DNA of 64,000 bases, taken from the NCBI GenBank assembly GCA_964016885.1, contig OZ024740.1, positions 259,594,001 to 259,658,000 on the forward strand, read 5' to 3'. The translations under genes were made by a program, and so were the position numbers. Below are positions 38,133-52,215 of this stretch, piece after piece (within the stretch, counting starts at the first letter, position 1; every line of letters starts with the position of its first letter). Source of the DNA: Eledone cirrhosa (taxonomy: Eukaryota). The notes under the pieces were generated by a model, which made no database searches, was not told the origin of the DNA, and saw only the letters and a program-made list of their open reading frames with translations.

Positions 38133-38734
38133 GATATGTGGTGACAGTCGAGTTTGCAATGCATACATATACATATATACACACACACATTCCAAAAGAT
38201 AGCAACATGAATGGACCTGTTATTTTTCTCTAAAAACATTTTTTTCCAATTCCATTCCGTCCGTCCCCTCAATCTATCTAATTTCTCATTCTTTCTACTG
38301 GTGAATGACTAGCGTCCCAAATTCTAAGACCCTCTTCCTGCTGTTTCAAGCGTTAACCTAATATATTCCTTCCATTTACTGTACTGATTTTGTTGTTATT
38401 TCTGTTTACCTTTTACATATATATATATATATATAAATATGATGGCGATGAATTTGATTTGCGAGGTTTTTGATATGAAATTGTGTGGCGAAACAAATAT
38501 TGTTATACTTGGGGAGGGTCATGTTGTAATAATATTGCCAGAATTAATAACAGAACACACTCACTGTTTGATTGGTTTTCGCTTCTGTATCTTTTATATC
38601 AGTTAATTCATTCGGTCCCCAATGTGTACCATTGACTGACCAACGGTCAAAAATACAGACATACTATAGACACAAACACATATATATATAGTCTAACAAA
38701 GTTCTTGCAACAAAAACAAAAACCTATCTACTGC

Positions 38735-40050
38735 ATAATAGGCAGTATGGACGTGGTATCACTATACCCATCCATTAACATTGATTTTGCTGTGGAAAAA
38801 TGTGTGGAGATGATCAGTGAGAGTGAGGTGGAGTTCTGCAACGTCGACACAGATGAACCTCCTACTTAGACTTACTTATGACACCGAGTACCTAGATAAC
38901 CATGACCTTAGCTGTTTCTTACCCAGTAGACCCATAAGGGGTAGATCCCCCACCATAATCTCAATGGCTAAAAAGACTCCCATGGGAAGATGGAATGGAT
39001 GGACCAAAGCCATACGGACCCCCCAAAACAATGATCAGGTAAGAAAAATGGTCGCACATGCAATAGGGGCTAGTATTAAAACTACCCTAAAGGGCCTAAT
39101 ATCCAAATTCAATGAGAAGATCTACACCCAAAATGAGGGAGCAACCATTGGCCTCAGCATAACTGGTGACGTTGCCAACCTTTTTATGGTATGGTGGGAA
39201 AGGAGACTCAAAGATCTCCTTGATGAGAGCTCCATAGACCTCATCATGTACTCTTGTTACGTAGTTGACATTAATATAGTAATAAGGACACCCCCCCCAC
39301 AAACGGTGAAGTTTTCCTTCTCCACGGCACCTAATATGGTCGACTACATGGCTAAAACTAACGCAGTGAAGATGGCGCACGCTGGCCGTCAACCGCGGCG
39401 ACAGAGTGACCGTCTTTCGGAGCGCGGAGAACCACCTAGGAACCTGCCTTCAAATGACAACCCGGTCCCGATGCGACCAGAGCGCCCGCGGAGGGTGATG
39501 TGGTCCAACACCGAGAGGGAAATAGTGGAATGGGGGAGACAACAGTGTCGGCGGTACAACACCCTAAGAACCTTGAGAGGGCCGTAGCAGATCGAGGCCC
39601 GGACATCGGATGCGTAAGAACTGACAACAGAACTTGTAACTGCAGAGCGGGCACCCAGTGCCCCCTACAGGGAAAATGCCTGATGAAGGACCTGATATAC
39701 AAGTGTGTGGTTACAACCCAAAACGCGCATCGCACCTACATCGGCGCAACATCCACGACCTTTAAATCGCGGATGTATAATCACACGAATTCCTTCAAGG
39801 ACCGTAGGAAAAGGCACTCCACTAGGTTAGCGAACCTGGTGTGGGACCTGAAAGACCAAGGCACTCCGTACGCCCTGGAATGGAGTATCGTTCGCCACGT
39901 GAGGGCATATTCGGCCGGAAGTAGAAAGTGCCGATAAATGCCTACACGAAGCCATAGAGATAGTCAGACTGAAGGATGACGCCGTCAACTTGAAATCTGA
40001 AATTATCATGACATGCAGACACCAGAGAAGATGCACATTTGCAGCATGGA
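38735..40050 (+). pseudogene. Internally deleted or chimeric PLE: RT fragments + GIY-YIG endonuclease
   Basis: IGSMDVVSLYPSI, YTQNEGATIGLSITGDVANLFMVWW, YVVD; then VKFSFSTAPNM, CNCRAGTQCPLQGKCL, LIY..TYIG, FKSRMYNH, CRH. Confidence 0.8.
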
Positions 40051-40669
40051 ATCCTCCGGGTGGCGCAGGCCTTGGGCATGGGAATGGGTACGCACAGACC
40101 CGAATGGCCCAACGGGATTAGGGAACCTGACGCCATGCCCCGATGACAGTGTGCGACCTGTGAGGCTAACATATGTAAACCAGGGGGGCACCTGACCGAG
40201 CACACAACATTGTAAGATACATCGCATGGGCCGGGACCGGCTAACACGGGCCCACGGCCGCCCGGTCCGATACCCCAAACATATAGAACAGCACACCCCA
40301 GCCACGGTGCCATGCCCCATGGCGACCGGGCCGGGCGTCCCCTTAAATGTGTACCCCGTCAATCGTGACTATATACTCTCCACATGTTCCACTTTGGAAC
40401 AATGATTACTACTGTCATGATTGTTCCATTATTGTTCTGTTACTGTTACTTGTTCTATACACGGACCCAAGTTTGCACCTCATACTACCTGTGTGTAGTA
40501 TATCACATGGATACACGCACCTTCTCCTGTAGCCCCCCCCCCCCGTTTTTTATTTACCCCTTTTTTCATGTACCTATTTATGAAGTTACATACAGATTTT
40601 AATGTACCCTAAAATATTGTAAATTTATTTATTTATTTTATTTTATTATCCTATTGTGTTTATATTTGG

Positions 40670-40844
40670 GTGTTTTTATGTGTGGACCTGTGCGTAGGTA
40701 TATGTATGTGGGTGTGTATGTATATATAGATATATATATACGTGGGCGTGTATGGGGGTGTGTATATGGGCACGGGTACGTATATGCATGAGCTTATGAG
40801 CGCGTGTGTGTGGAGGCATGTACATGTATGTAAGTATGCGGCAG

Positions 40845-40907
<63 letters not shown>

Positions 40908-40955
40908 ATGTACGTATAGCTACGTATGAGTATGTGTGTGTATGTGGATGCGTAA

Positions 40956-41004
<49 letters not shown>

Positions 41005-41504
41005 TGGGTGCGGGTGTATGCATATGTGGGCCTCTATATATGTGTATGTGTATTTATGTATATATGTATATGTTTATGTACATCTCACAGGAATGTGTAC
41101 GGATGATTATATATGGAGTATATATGCATTTTATTACTATTATTCTTTTTGTATTATTTTATCATATATCCTTTGTATATATCCGTATATGTATGTATGA
41201 ATGTGTGTACATGTGTATATATAGATATAGATATATATTATATTGTATACTATATTGATATTTTATATTTTATGTTATTTTACCGTTATTTTATGGTATA
41301 TTGTGTTTTTTATTATATAATGAATTTTTAATTTACAGTTTTGTTTATATATGTATATGTGGAAACATGTGTGTGTAAGCAAATATGCATATGTGCATGT
41401 GTCTGCATGTGGCAGTCCGTGTGCGTATGTATATGTAGATGTATATATGTCTGCATGTATATATGTATGTATGTGTGTGGGTGTGCGTATGCATGTAGTG
41501 TATT

Positions 41505-41583
<79 letters not shown>

Positions 41584-42060
41584 AATTTTGTGTACGTATG
41601 TGTATTTTGTATGTATGTGTGTGCATGTGTGTATACATATGTACATATATATATATATATATTATATATATATGTATATGTGTATATATATATATGTGTG
41701 TATATATATATATCTGTGTATGTATATATGTGTGTGTATGAGTGTATATATATAAATGTATATAAGGTTGTGCGTATGTATGTGTGCGCGCGTATGTGTG
41801 TATATGTCTACGTTTACGTAGGCCAGGCTTGTCCGACCGGATATATGGCGCGACTTAAGCAGCCGTTATAAGGCTTGTGGCGGTATGTATCTAGAAGTGG
41901 GTGTGACTGAGTCCGCGGAAGTGAGGGAGAACGTGTGTGTGTATATATACATATATGTATGTGTGTGGGTGGGTGTGTGTCTACCCATGTATGCGTACAT
42001 GTGTGTATGCACGCATGTGTCTGTGTCTGCATGTGTGTGTATATTCGTATCTGTGGGTGC
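40670..42060. repeat. Compound (TA)n/(TG)n microsatellite tract
   Basis: Directly visible. Confidence 0.9.
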
Positions 42061-42284
42061 TTACTCTGGAGTGTAAACAGACGTGTGAGATACTGAACCC
42101 AGCATGACTCCATTGAAGTGTGTCGGACGGAAAATGGTTGATGACCCGTGTAGCAGTAAATACTGACCAGAACTTAAGATGATGTGGAGTAAAAACAGCC
42201 AATGGCATGACAAGAGTGGAAGAGGTTTTTTTAGGGTGTTTTTTATAACACCCCAGTGATAAAATTTGCTCCGAACGAACTACC

Positions 42285-42374
42285 CGTGCCTGAAGGAACC
42301 TGCAGCCGTAGAATCAGCCAGATCTATACAGGACCATGTCTCGAGCTACCTGCCGGCGAAACAATTGTAACACG
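42285..42374 (+). ncRNA. Degenerate hammerhead with long loop II
   Basis: CGTGc-CTGAAGG...GGC-GAAAC-aatt-GTA-aCACG, then AATAAA. The core and stem II are imperfect. Confidence 0.5.
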
Positions 42375-42576
42375 CAATAAATTAAGTCCAGATGCATCAC
42401 TGATTTTTCGTTTTCTTTATACTATCTACACTCTACTCTGCTGAATATTGAGTGCTAATTTTGGCATACCGCCTATGGAAGCACCATAGCTACCATTATA
42501 CACAACTATATATCTATATATATAATTAATATATATATATTCATTTATATATATTCATTTATATATATAATTAATA

Positions 42577-42614
<38 letters not shown>

Positions 42615-42616
<2 letters not shown>

Positions 42617-42925
42617 TCCCATCCGTCACATCAAGAATAAGGACCACATACTGCTATAGCCTTAGATTCAAGAGTCCCCAGCTTTTTAAATAGCTGCCAA
42701 AAAATCTGAGAGATCTCTTTTCAAGAGACAACTCAACATTTTACTGACCAACATCCTGGATAAACCCACAGAACAAGGCAAAGCACAAATAAGAGAAGCA
42801 GCAACAAACTCCCGTTTGCATCAATGGCCAACCAAGGAAGGCTGGCTATAGAAAGTGTAGCATCGGTGGCGGTGACCCAGCATGGCCTCAGCCCCTCGGC
42901 TGGATTGCAAATACATAAATTAAAA
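42615..42925 (+). mobile_element. 3' end of a CR1/Crack-like LINE
   Basis: Degenerate ..RFKSPQLF..LPKNLRD..FKRQL..TNILDKP, resembling CR1-group C-termini. Confidence 0.45.
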
Positions 42926-43337
42926 AAATATATATATATAAATTAATAAATCACATGAATACACCAATTTCACAGTTGAAGGATTAATATTTATTACATA
43001 ACTGACACGTGTTTCCTTAATATGCAAGTGAGCATATCTAGAACCGTTAATCCAATGTATGATTTTGGAGAATTTGAATTCTAATATCCTGCTTCAACAG
43101 TTTACATATCAGCTTGTTGAAGTCTAACAATGTTTTTATTCACACTGGGAAATGTTTATGTATATATAGGGAGAAGGGGTGTCACTAAGGAGAAGCCTAG
43201 GTTATATAAAGTCATGAATGTATCGAAATATCAATAACTGAGAGATAGAGATATGTTAGTCTCATAGAGGAGCTCTTAAGCAGTTATAACTTTAGCATTG
43301 ATAGTAATATCATCATTATTATTATTATTTTCTCCCT

Positions 43338-43522
43338 ATGGCGGTAGATTGGCAGTATTGGTAGAGGGTCGGACACCATGCTTTGACGCATAGAGTTACG
43401 GCCCTTGCCATTCTGAGTTCAAATCCCGCCGAGGTTAACTTTGCCTTTCATCGATAAAATAAAGTACCAGTAATGCACTGGGTAATTGCTGGCCTTGTGC
43501 CTAACGTAGAAATAATTATTTT
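43338..43522 (+). mobile_element. tRNA-derived SINE (family 2, ATT tail)
   Basis: TGGCAGTATTGG, GAGTTCAAATCC, TTTGCCTTTCATC..GATAAAATAAAGTACCAGT. Many copies in the window. Confidence 0.8.
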
Positions 43523-43549
43523 CTCCCTATGAGGTGGGGCTAACATAGT

Positions 43550-45765
43550 TAACAGAAGTGGCTGTTGATTTGTTGAATAAAGGGTAATTCTATGGCCAGT
43601 GGTCATTAATTCCACTGAGATTTAAAGAATTCTTTATTAAGCATTTTAAGCAGGTAGTAGTAAAACATTTTGTCATCTTAGATAAGGCTTGGCTGTGTTG
43701 AGTATTCTCTGTAGAGGGTCGGACCCCATGCTTTCCAGCATAGTTACGTCCCTTTACGATCCGAGTTCAAATCCCGCCGAGGTTGACTTTGCCTTTCATC
43801 CTTACGGGGTCGATAAAATAAAGTACCAGTAATGCACTGGGTAATTGCTGGCCTTGTGCCTAAAGTAGAAACAATTAATATATGTATAGTGATAAACGAA
43901 CGGAATTGAGGTCAATCCCTATTTTTATTTGTATGACTAAATGGTCTGGTAGTGGGATCAGATTCTATGTTAGTTAGGATTATAATAGGAGAAAGTTTTA
44001 AATTGCAAACTTGTTCTAATCTATTATTTATTAAATTTTTTCTCAGTACTTATATGGTACCATTCCAGTATACAAATATTTCAAATACTCATATCTTGTT
44101 TGTACTGATTGGCGAATCCCAGGACAGACCAAGATATCTTGAACTAATTCCTTTTCCTCCATTAAGTTTGTAGATTTCCAAAGTTTAAAAGAATGTGTAT
44201 GGACATACCATCGTTTCTTAAATACATTTGAAGTAGCCTCTATATATTTTACTTTTGTTTGTTTGTACTGATTTCACACTGGTATACCATATCTTCTGTA
44301 TGGGGCAGTTCTCAGGTCATGGCAATTGTATCTTATCTCTTTTCTGGGGGATGGTTCACTATTATTATTGTTGCTGCTATTAGATGTGGTAGGTATGAGA
44401 CTACGTAGTGATAGATTTAATCCCCTACTTCTAGTTTTTGCTGTCGTGGGACCAATTATGCGTGCTGTTCGCTATTACAGGTACTTATGCATCTCTTATT
44501 CAATTTACTTAAGTAACCATCCATATTGATAGATGTTGAGTACGATAACCTAATAGTATTTCTGTTTAATATTTTATGGTATTTGTGTGACTGCAGGAGA
44601 TTCTTGTCGATCAAGAACATGAAGGGTAGTCTAGACTTAATTGCAATGTTGAACACTGGGTTATACCATAGGTATATTCTGTTTCTAGTTTTTTTAATGA
44701 TGTTATTATTTGTGGGGTTTTCCAGGGGATTAAGAGTAATCTTACCTTCTTGTTGTTCTCTATTATTGGTATTCTGCCTGTGAGGAGAGTATTTATAATT
44801 AATTTTAGAATACGGGTTGCCTCTAGTATGGTGGTGTTTAACATATCTACCTCTCTCACTTTCATCCATGTATTTTAGCTCACTCATATGCCCTGCCTTT
44901 CGTAATGCATTGTTATAGTACTCAGCATGTTCATTAAATATTTCCAGAGAGGATGATTGGCGGGATATTCTAAGTAATACGTTATAAACTAGAGTTAATT
45001 ATAGATTTAGGATGGTTAGATTGATAGATAATATACGTCAAGTTTCCATTATTTTTATGGTAGGGTTTGACTAGACCTGAGTTGAGATTCAAAGTCACAT
45101 CCAAGAAGTTAACTTTCTTAAAATTATGTTCAAATATTATTTTTAGGCCTATTCTATTGAAAAAGATCTAATTTGTTTACATATTCTCTCTAATTTCTGA
45201 CCATTGGTGTTTTTAATTAGCAGAAGAGCATCATCTCTATAAATTCCTCCTAGGAGGTTACTAAATTCTCTTTGAAGATTGTGGGCTATGTACATAGCGA
45301 CTACATCTGTCACATGCGCCCAGTCACTAGAGCCCATTGTGACATCAAAACCATCTATCCTATCTTTACGATCGCAGTGTTCACCCGCAAACTAAATAAC
45401 AGATCGTCTCACTTTTATTACTATTTTAACTTCAACCCTAATTAGGTCCGAGTTCTTTTACCGAAAGTGAGAGCTTTATTAAGGAGAATAGGGGTTATAG
45501 AAGAGTAGTACTCATTTATATAAAATTGTATAAACTTATAGTTCTCCATGTTCTCTATTCTACAAAACCAATCTATGACCTCAACCGTATTGCCCCATAA
45601 CTTAATCACTAATATATTTTTCATTTGAGCTATAATTCTATCTAGAATATGCTTACTTATACAGCCTACATCGGATTTTGATAGGCATATTAGCCTAATG
45701 GAGGGGTTACAATCAAAGTCATTTTTGTGGTCCTTAATATTGAATGTAGGGCACTTAGGAGGATG
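43550..45765 (-). pseudogene. Heavily decayed Naiad-like PLE, interrupted by a family 2 SINE at ~43710-43880
   Basis: LWGNTVEVIDWF..FIQFYINEYYSSITPILLNKAL, MGSSDWAHVTDVV..GGIYRDDALL, WYNPVFN..ILNRNTIRLSYS; homologous to 3932-6551. Confidence 0.85.
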
Positions 45766-45944
45766 AGTGAGGAGGGGCTTCAGTTATTTTTTTCGTTTCC
45801 TTTATGACAGAATGTGAAAGAGAGAAGTGTGAACAAAATCAATCAGGTATCAAAGTATGAAGAAAATCAATAAGGTATTAATTGAACCTTATTTTAACCC
45901 TTTCATTAACATATTTCTATTGAAAGACACTACTTTTAGTGTTC

Positions 45945-47471
45945 AAATCAACCCCAATATTTTACTGCTGCTTTATTTTATCAATCTCTGAAGGATGAAA
46001 GGCAAAGTTGACATTGGCAGAGGTTGAATTCAGAATGTAAAGAACAAAGCATTTTGTCTAATGATTCTGCCAATTCAACATGCTCTTCAATAATGATTGT
46101 TTCTACTTTTAGGTACAAGGCCAGCAATTTGAAGGGAAGGTAAAGTCGATTAAATCAACCCAGTGCTTTACTGGTACTTTATTTTATCGACTCCGTAAGG
46201 ATGAAAGGCAAAGCTAACCATGGTGAGATTTGAACTCGAGACGTAACTAAATGCTACTAAGCATTTTGACCGATGTGCTAACAATTCTGTCATTTTGATA
46301 ATAGCGATGTCTTTTATTGGCTTCATTTGCACAAGATGTTGGGGCTATGAGGACAAAAACAACACAAAAGTGAGGTTTAAAATAATAGAAATAATAATAA
46401 TAATAATAATGGTTTCTTATATAGGCACAAGGCCAGCAATTTTTGGGAAGGGGAAAGTCAATTAAATCGACCCCAGTGCGTGACTGGTACTTTATTTTAT
46501 CGACCCCGTAAAGATGAAAGGCAAAGTTAACCTCAGCGGGATTTGAAGTCAGACCATAAAGTAACTCTATGCTGCAAACCATGGCGTCCGACCCTCTACC
46601 GATACTACCAATCCACTGCCCCTATAATAAGATAGCACTAATGGGAACTGCCCATATACTAAGGAAAATTCTCTCAATATAAATACATCACAAGTCTAAA
46701 CACCTGAAAATACATGGAAGTGTTCTTTCTTGAACATGGAGGACCTTGTTGTCTCTTGAGGTCACTGGTTCTGACTTGGTGATAACTCGTATGAACATCA
46801 AGTAAGATAAATAGAATAATGATAATAATAATAATGATAATGATAATAGTAATTTGCCTTACTTGAGTAAAAGCGGTGAACTTAAAAAGAGCTTGAGATA
46901 GAGAGGGTGTGTATATAAGTTTTATTTAAAAGCTGCACTGTGAAGATTGTATTTGGGTGAGAAATAGTTTGTTATTTTTGCTTGTTTTAATTATAATAGG
47001 GACTGAGAATATGAAGAAATTAACAATAAATGGTTTCTAATTTAAGCACAAGATGAGCAATTTCGGTGGTGGTGGTAGTGGGGAGGCGATTATATCAACC
47101 CCAAAACTTGACTGGTACTTTATTTTATAGAAACTCAACCACCTAACCCCAGAAGGAGGAAAAGCAAAATTGTCCTTGGTGGGTATTGAATTCGGAATGT
47201 AAAAACTGTAACTAAATTCCGCAAAGCATTTTATCTGACGCCTTAGCAATTCTGCCAGCAAATCAAACAACTTAATAATAATAATTGTTTCTACTTTTGG
47301 CACAAGGCCAACAATAAACCAGTACATTACTGGTACTTTATTTTATCGACCCCGTAAGGATGAAAAGCAAAGTTAACCTTGGCAGGATTTGAACTCAGAT
47401 CAGAAAGGGGCGTAACTCTGTGCTGCAAAGCATGGTGTCCAACCCTCTACCGATACTGCCAAACCACCGCC

Positions 47472-47502
<31 letters not shown>

Positions 47503-47935
47503 GGTTTCTTATATAGGCACAAGGCCAGCAATTTTGGGGGAGGGGAAAGTCGATTAAATCGACCTCCAGTGCGTGACTCGTACTGTATTTTATTGACCCT
47601 GTAAGGATGAAAGGCAAAGCTAGCTTCAGCAGGATTTGAACTCAGAATGTAAAGGTCACCTAACTGTATACTGCAATGCAGAGTGTCCGATGCTCTACTG
47701 AAGCTGCCAATCCACCACCCTAATAATAATAATTGTTCTACTTTAGGCACAAGGCCAACAGTTTTAGGGGAGCGGAGAGTTGATTAAGTTGACCCCAGTA
47801 CTTGACTGGTACTTTATTTTATTGACCCTGAAAGGCAAAGGTGATCTCAGCTGAATTTGAATTCAAAATATAAAGAGCCATAAATGCCATAAAACATTTT
47901 ATTTAGCACTGTAATGGTTCTTCCATTGCAATAAT
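45945..47935 (-). mobile_element. Cluster of about 7 family 2 SINEs, all on the minus strand
   Basis: Repeated CAAGGCCAGCAATT..CTGGTACTTTATTTTATCGACCCCGTAAGGATGAAAGGCAAAG..GATTTGAACTCAG at ~45950, 46100, 46410, 47030, 47285, 47500 and 47735. Confidence 0.85.
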
Positions 47936-48139
47936 ATTACTACTAATAATAATGGTTTCTTTATTAATCACAAAGGGATCACATGAAGAAAATATTAAGG
48001 ATAGCATGGGACAATAACATTGAGTGTATGTGGGCACATATGGGCTTGTAGATTTTGTGTGTGGGTGGGCGTGTATATGCATATGGGTATGTATGGTTGT
48101 GTGGGTTTATATGTGTAAACAGGAAAGATAATGAAAACA

Positions 48140-49240
48140 AAAGAAAAAGTAACAATACAATTATAAAAGCAATTCTTCCATAAGGAGGAGACTTCTGAGG
48201 GCCACTCGTGGAAAAACCCCATAAAAAGCCACAGTTACTCTGACTGTTAAGGCAAGTGCCTTCTCTCAGTTCTCTTGCTGCGATCTACAGGCATATACTC
48301 AGGGTAGACCATGCTCCCAACTGTTGTCCACCTTTCAACAAAATTGTTGGAAAGCAGCACTTCCCCCTCAACCCCACTTTTCCTCTTCAAGAGAAAATTA
48401 AATGTTAATGAATGATTAACCAAAGAAGAAAGTGTTTGTCTTCAGCCCTTTCAGTCGTGTTTAGCATACCTCTTTCACTATGGCCACTAAGCAGATAAAA
48501 CTGCCTGCCTTGCCTAGCTAAAGGAAAGGTGGTGGTGCGATCTTTACAATAGATTAAGCTGACAGCCAGATCCATTGTACATGTGACAACACAACAACTG
48601 TTTGACATAAATTCACAAGTCAGCAATGTTCAGACACTGGACGAGTAAATGCAGGTCGGTTTCATCAATCTGTATGCATTAAGGACAAGCTTAGCTGACA
48701 GCACTTCCATGCTTGTAGAGTTTATCTTGAACGGGCAATACCCTTCAGTAGCACTGCCAGGCCAGGGAAGTTATCCATGGGTGCTGGACTGAAAGTCCTC
48801 CAGAAAAGAGTGGCTAGTTGATTTTCATTGATGCCCAGCGTCTCCTTAAGAATACTGTCACTTTTACCTGCTACCATTTATAAAATATTAAGGTGGAGTT
48901 TCCACCAATCACATGAGCTTGGGGTAACTCACGTGTAGTAAACGTTACCAGATCTGTTCATCAAAGAAAAGCTGGAGAAGTCACAGCCTCAGTGCATGTT
49001 CGCTCATCATCAGTCACAGCTTGCCTACTCCTCTATGCACAGGGTGTTGACAGCAAATGGACTGCCTAACCAGTGGGACATGCCCATTCCAGAAAAAGTG
49101 ATTCTCTAATGCAGTTAGTTGTGGACTGGGGAAAGGTATGACAGTTAGATGGTAACAGATGATAGATACGATATATGTGTTTGCCATCTCTGTCTGACCT
49201 TTCAGGGATAACTTCCTCTTGGCCCATTTCCCATATTTGT
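48140..49240 (-). pseudogene. L1/Tx1-clade LINE 3' fragment
   Basis: KWAKRKLSLKGQ..NTYIVSIICYHLTV..FFWNG..VRQSICCQHPVHRGVG resembles the post-RT region of Tx1. Confidence 0.65.
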
Positions 49241-49629
49241 CATCGTGTCCTAAGTTTTGTCCACCTGGAGATCTGGACCAAACTAGACCTGAGCAAATAA
49301 TAATAGTAACAATAACTATCAATAGATTATTGAGGTAGTTTACTTTGGTGTAGGACATACTGAGAAAGACTGATTTCTCTATGGCTATGTATGTATATAA
49401 TCCATATATATGGGGTGTGAATGTATATATATGTGTGTGTATACATTTTCAACTTTTTTTCCCATATATATATATCATCATCATCATCATCGATTAACGT
49501 CTATCTTCCATGCTAGCATGGATATATAATAGTAAAAAAAAACACTCATCCTGTCTTGAGTCCATTTGTTACTGTTCTATGTGCATTGCAGCTAGTGATA
49601 GCAATAAATTATTATAAATAAACCGATCT

Positions 49630-50832
49630 GTCATCTGGTGGTCCCTAAGGAAACTAGGTGTTGAGGAATGGCTTGTGAGGACAGTGCAAACTTTGTACAG
49701 AGGTACTGTCAGTAAAGTGAGGGTAGGAATGGAGTTTAGTGAGGAATTCCAGATACAAGTACGAGTACATCAAGGTTCGGTCCTCAGCCCGCTCTTATTC
49801 ATTATAGTCCTCCAAGCCATAACAGAGGAGTTTAAGACTGGCTGTCCATAGGAACTTCTCTATGCTGACGATCTGGTTCTTATAGCAGAATCAGTAGAGG
49901 AGCTAGAGAATAAATTCTGGCTATGGAAACAGCAGTTGGAAGCAAGAGGATTGAGAGTGAAACTAGCTAAGACAAAAGTGTTGATGAGTAGAAAAGAGGA
50001 CAAAACTCTGATTCTGTCAGGGAAATGGCCATGTTCGATATGCAGAAAAGGAACTGGCATAAATTCTATAAAATGCACACAATGCAGATCCTGGGTACAC
50101 AAGAGATGTAGCGGGATAGCAGGCAAACTAACAGGTAGGGAGAAATACGTATGCAATAGATGTACAGGGAAATTAGTCAGTAGAAGTCGCATTGTTAGAC
50201 ACATTTTTCAAATGCAGGCGGGTGCTATAGAAGTGGTGGATAGCTTCCGGTACCTAGGAGATCAGAGGCCATAGTATCTAGATTAAGGATGGGTTGGAAG
50301 AAGTTTAGGGAGCTGCTTCCTCTGCTGACGAAGAAGGGTTTCTCCCTGCATACGAAAGGCCGGTTATATGATGCCTGTGTGAGGAGCGCGATGTTGCATG
50401 GTAGTGAGACATGGGCAGCAACTGCAGAGGATATGCGACGGCTGGAGAGAAATGAGGCAAGCATGCTCCGTTGGATGTGCAGTGTCAATGTGCGTGAACG
50501 ACCCAGCATGAATGTGTTGAGAGAGAAACTGTATCTGAGAGGGATAGAATGTAGTGTGCAAGAGAGGAGACTGAGGTGGTATGGACATGTGATGCGCATG
50601 GAGAATGACCGATGGGTGAAGAAGTGCCAGGAAATGCCAGTTGAAGGAAGACGTGGTAGAGGTAGACCACAAAAAACATGGGCGGAGGTGGTGAGAACAG
50701 ACCTCAGATCGCTGAAGCTCACGGTAGAGATGACGAAGGACCGTGACAAGTGGAGAGGTGCTGTGCTGAATAAGACCCGTCCCACCCTTGCAAGCAGGGA
50801 AGAGCAGACGTAAAATGATGATGATGATGATG
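49630..50832 (+). mobile_element. 5'-truncated RTE LINE with (ATG)n tail
   Basis: QGSVLSPLLF, LYADDLVL, RRLRWYGHVMRM, GRRGRGRPQKTW; tail GACGTAAAATGATGATG. Confidence 0.9.
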
Positions 50833-50883
50833 AAACCGTCTTAGAGACTCCAATTGCATTTTCACCTTTTTTTATATATGTGC

Positions 50884-51310
50884 TTTGGCCCAAGCAAACA
50901 TCCCCTCATTCTTGGAACCATCTGGGTTGTCCAGAATTGATGGGAAAAGACCTGACGGCCTTACCTTGTGCCTCTGGTTGAGAGGCAGATGCCTTATCTG
51001 GGACATCACAGTTAGTGACTCTTTTGTTTATCCCTACATCCTGGATGCCGCAGTTAGGGCGAGAGCCACAGCTTCCGCAGCAGAACAGAACAAAATCCTA
51101 AAATACCGTGATCTGTCGGCCAACTACATTTTCCAGCCTGTGGCGTTCGAGACGTTTGGGGGAGTCAGGCTACTGATTGCGAGATTCCTATTTTCACTGG
51201 CAGCTTGCCTAACATAGGTAACTGGTGAAGCTTGTGAGGGCGCTTGGTTGTTCCAGCACCTCAGCCTTGCCATCTCCCGAAGTAATGTTGCAAGTGTGTT
51301 GGCTTGCCTC
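50884..51310 (+). pseudogene. Restriction-like endonuclease domain of a CRE/R2-group non-LTR element
   Basis: LEPSGLSRIDGKRPDGLTL..W..GRCLIWDITVSD..AEQNKILKY..FQPVAFETFG. Confidence 0.8.
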
Positions 51311-52215
51311 AAAAATCATTAGAGAGGTTTCCCAGTGCTCCCCACAATACTGTTATGTTTTACTCTGGTAGTGGCTCGGTTGTCCACCCCTTTCGCCTGC
51401 TTTTTGTTGTATGTGTGCTAACCACTTCTCTGTTTTTCTTCTCTTTCTTTTCTTTTTCGGTTTTCCCTTTCCCTTTCCTTTATATTATATTTGTTTGTGG
51501 TTTCATTCTGTAAGCTTTGTATTATATTTCTTTTTATACAACAGTGAATAAAACTTTGATATATTCATTGTGTGTGCATGCTAAAATGTATAATGTTGTG
51601 AACTAAGAAACCTTTATTGATTTTAAATTTATATTCCTAGTGACATAAGAATGATTCTGATTAAGAAATAATAGGAAGGGGAGATAACTTCGAAATTGAA
51701 ATTAAATATAGAATGCTGAGTTATAATTCTATCTTGCGATGAAGGACTAGTATCTGAAACGTTAAGATTCTTTCCCTGCTAAAATAATATATTTCTTCAT
51801 ATACTGTAGCATTTACTTTATTATTTCTGTTTTCTTTTTACATACATACATATGTGTGTGTGTGTTGTATGAATGTGAATTGAAATTATAAAAGAATAAG
51901 ACTTCTATGTAAACATAGTGGTTTTATATTCCTTAAAACACACAGCAAATAAGATAGCTTTTTGTCCATGTTCAGGATTTTATCACTGAGGTTGAAGATT
52001 GATGGTACATGCAAGATTAATCTGTGTTACGATTAATAAGATACCATCATGAAATTCTGAATACAGATAAAAACATATCCTTACTTGCAACATATTTATA
52101 TATATATATATATATACAGGGAGTGTAACGCACAGTTACTGTAGGTTCACCCAGGTGAGCACTCGATGGTTAGGTTCACATCGGTATCGAGGTGTAGAGC
52201 TAGACAGAGTGTAAC

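Noticed and set aside
40676-41871. YI/CV/HT-rich ORFs (also 60998-61521 and 62813-63997)
   Set aside because: Translations of dinucleotide microsatellites.
42985-43130. Hammerhead on the minus strand downstream of the decayed PLE (GAAAC-acgt-GTC..AATAAA)
   Set aside because: Only the 3' half is visible; no CTGANGA core found.
51730-51770. Hammerhead-like ATCTT-GCGATGA..GAAACGTT-AAGAT
   Set aside because: The core has two substitutions and stem II is weak; a relic at best.
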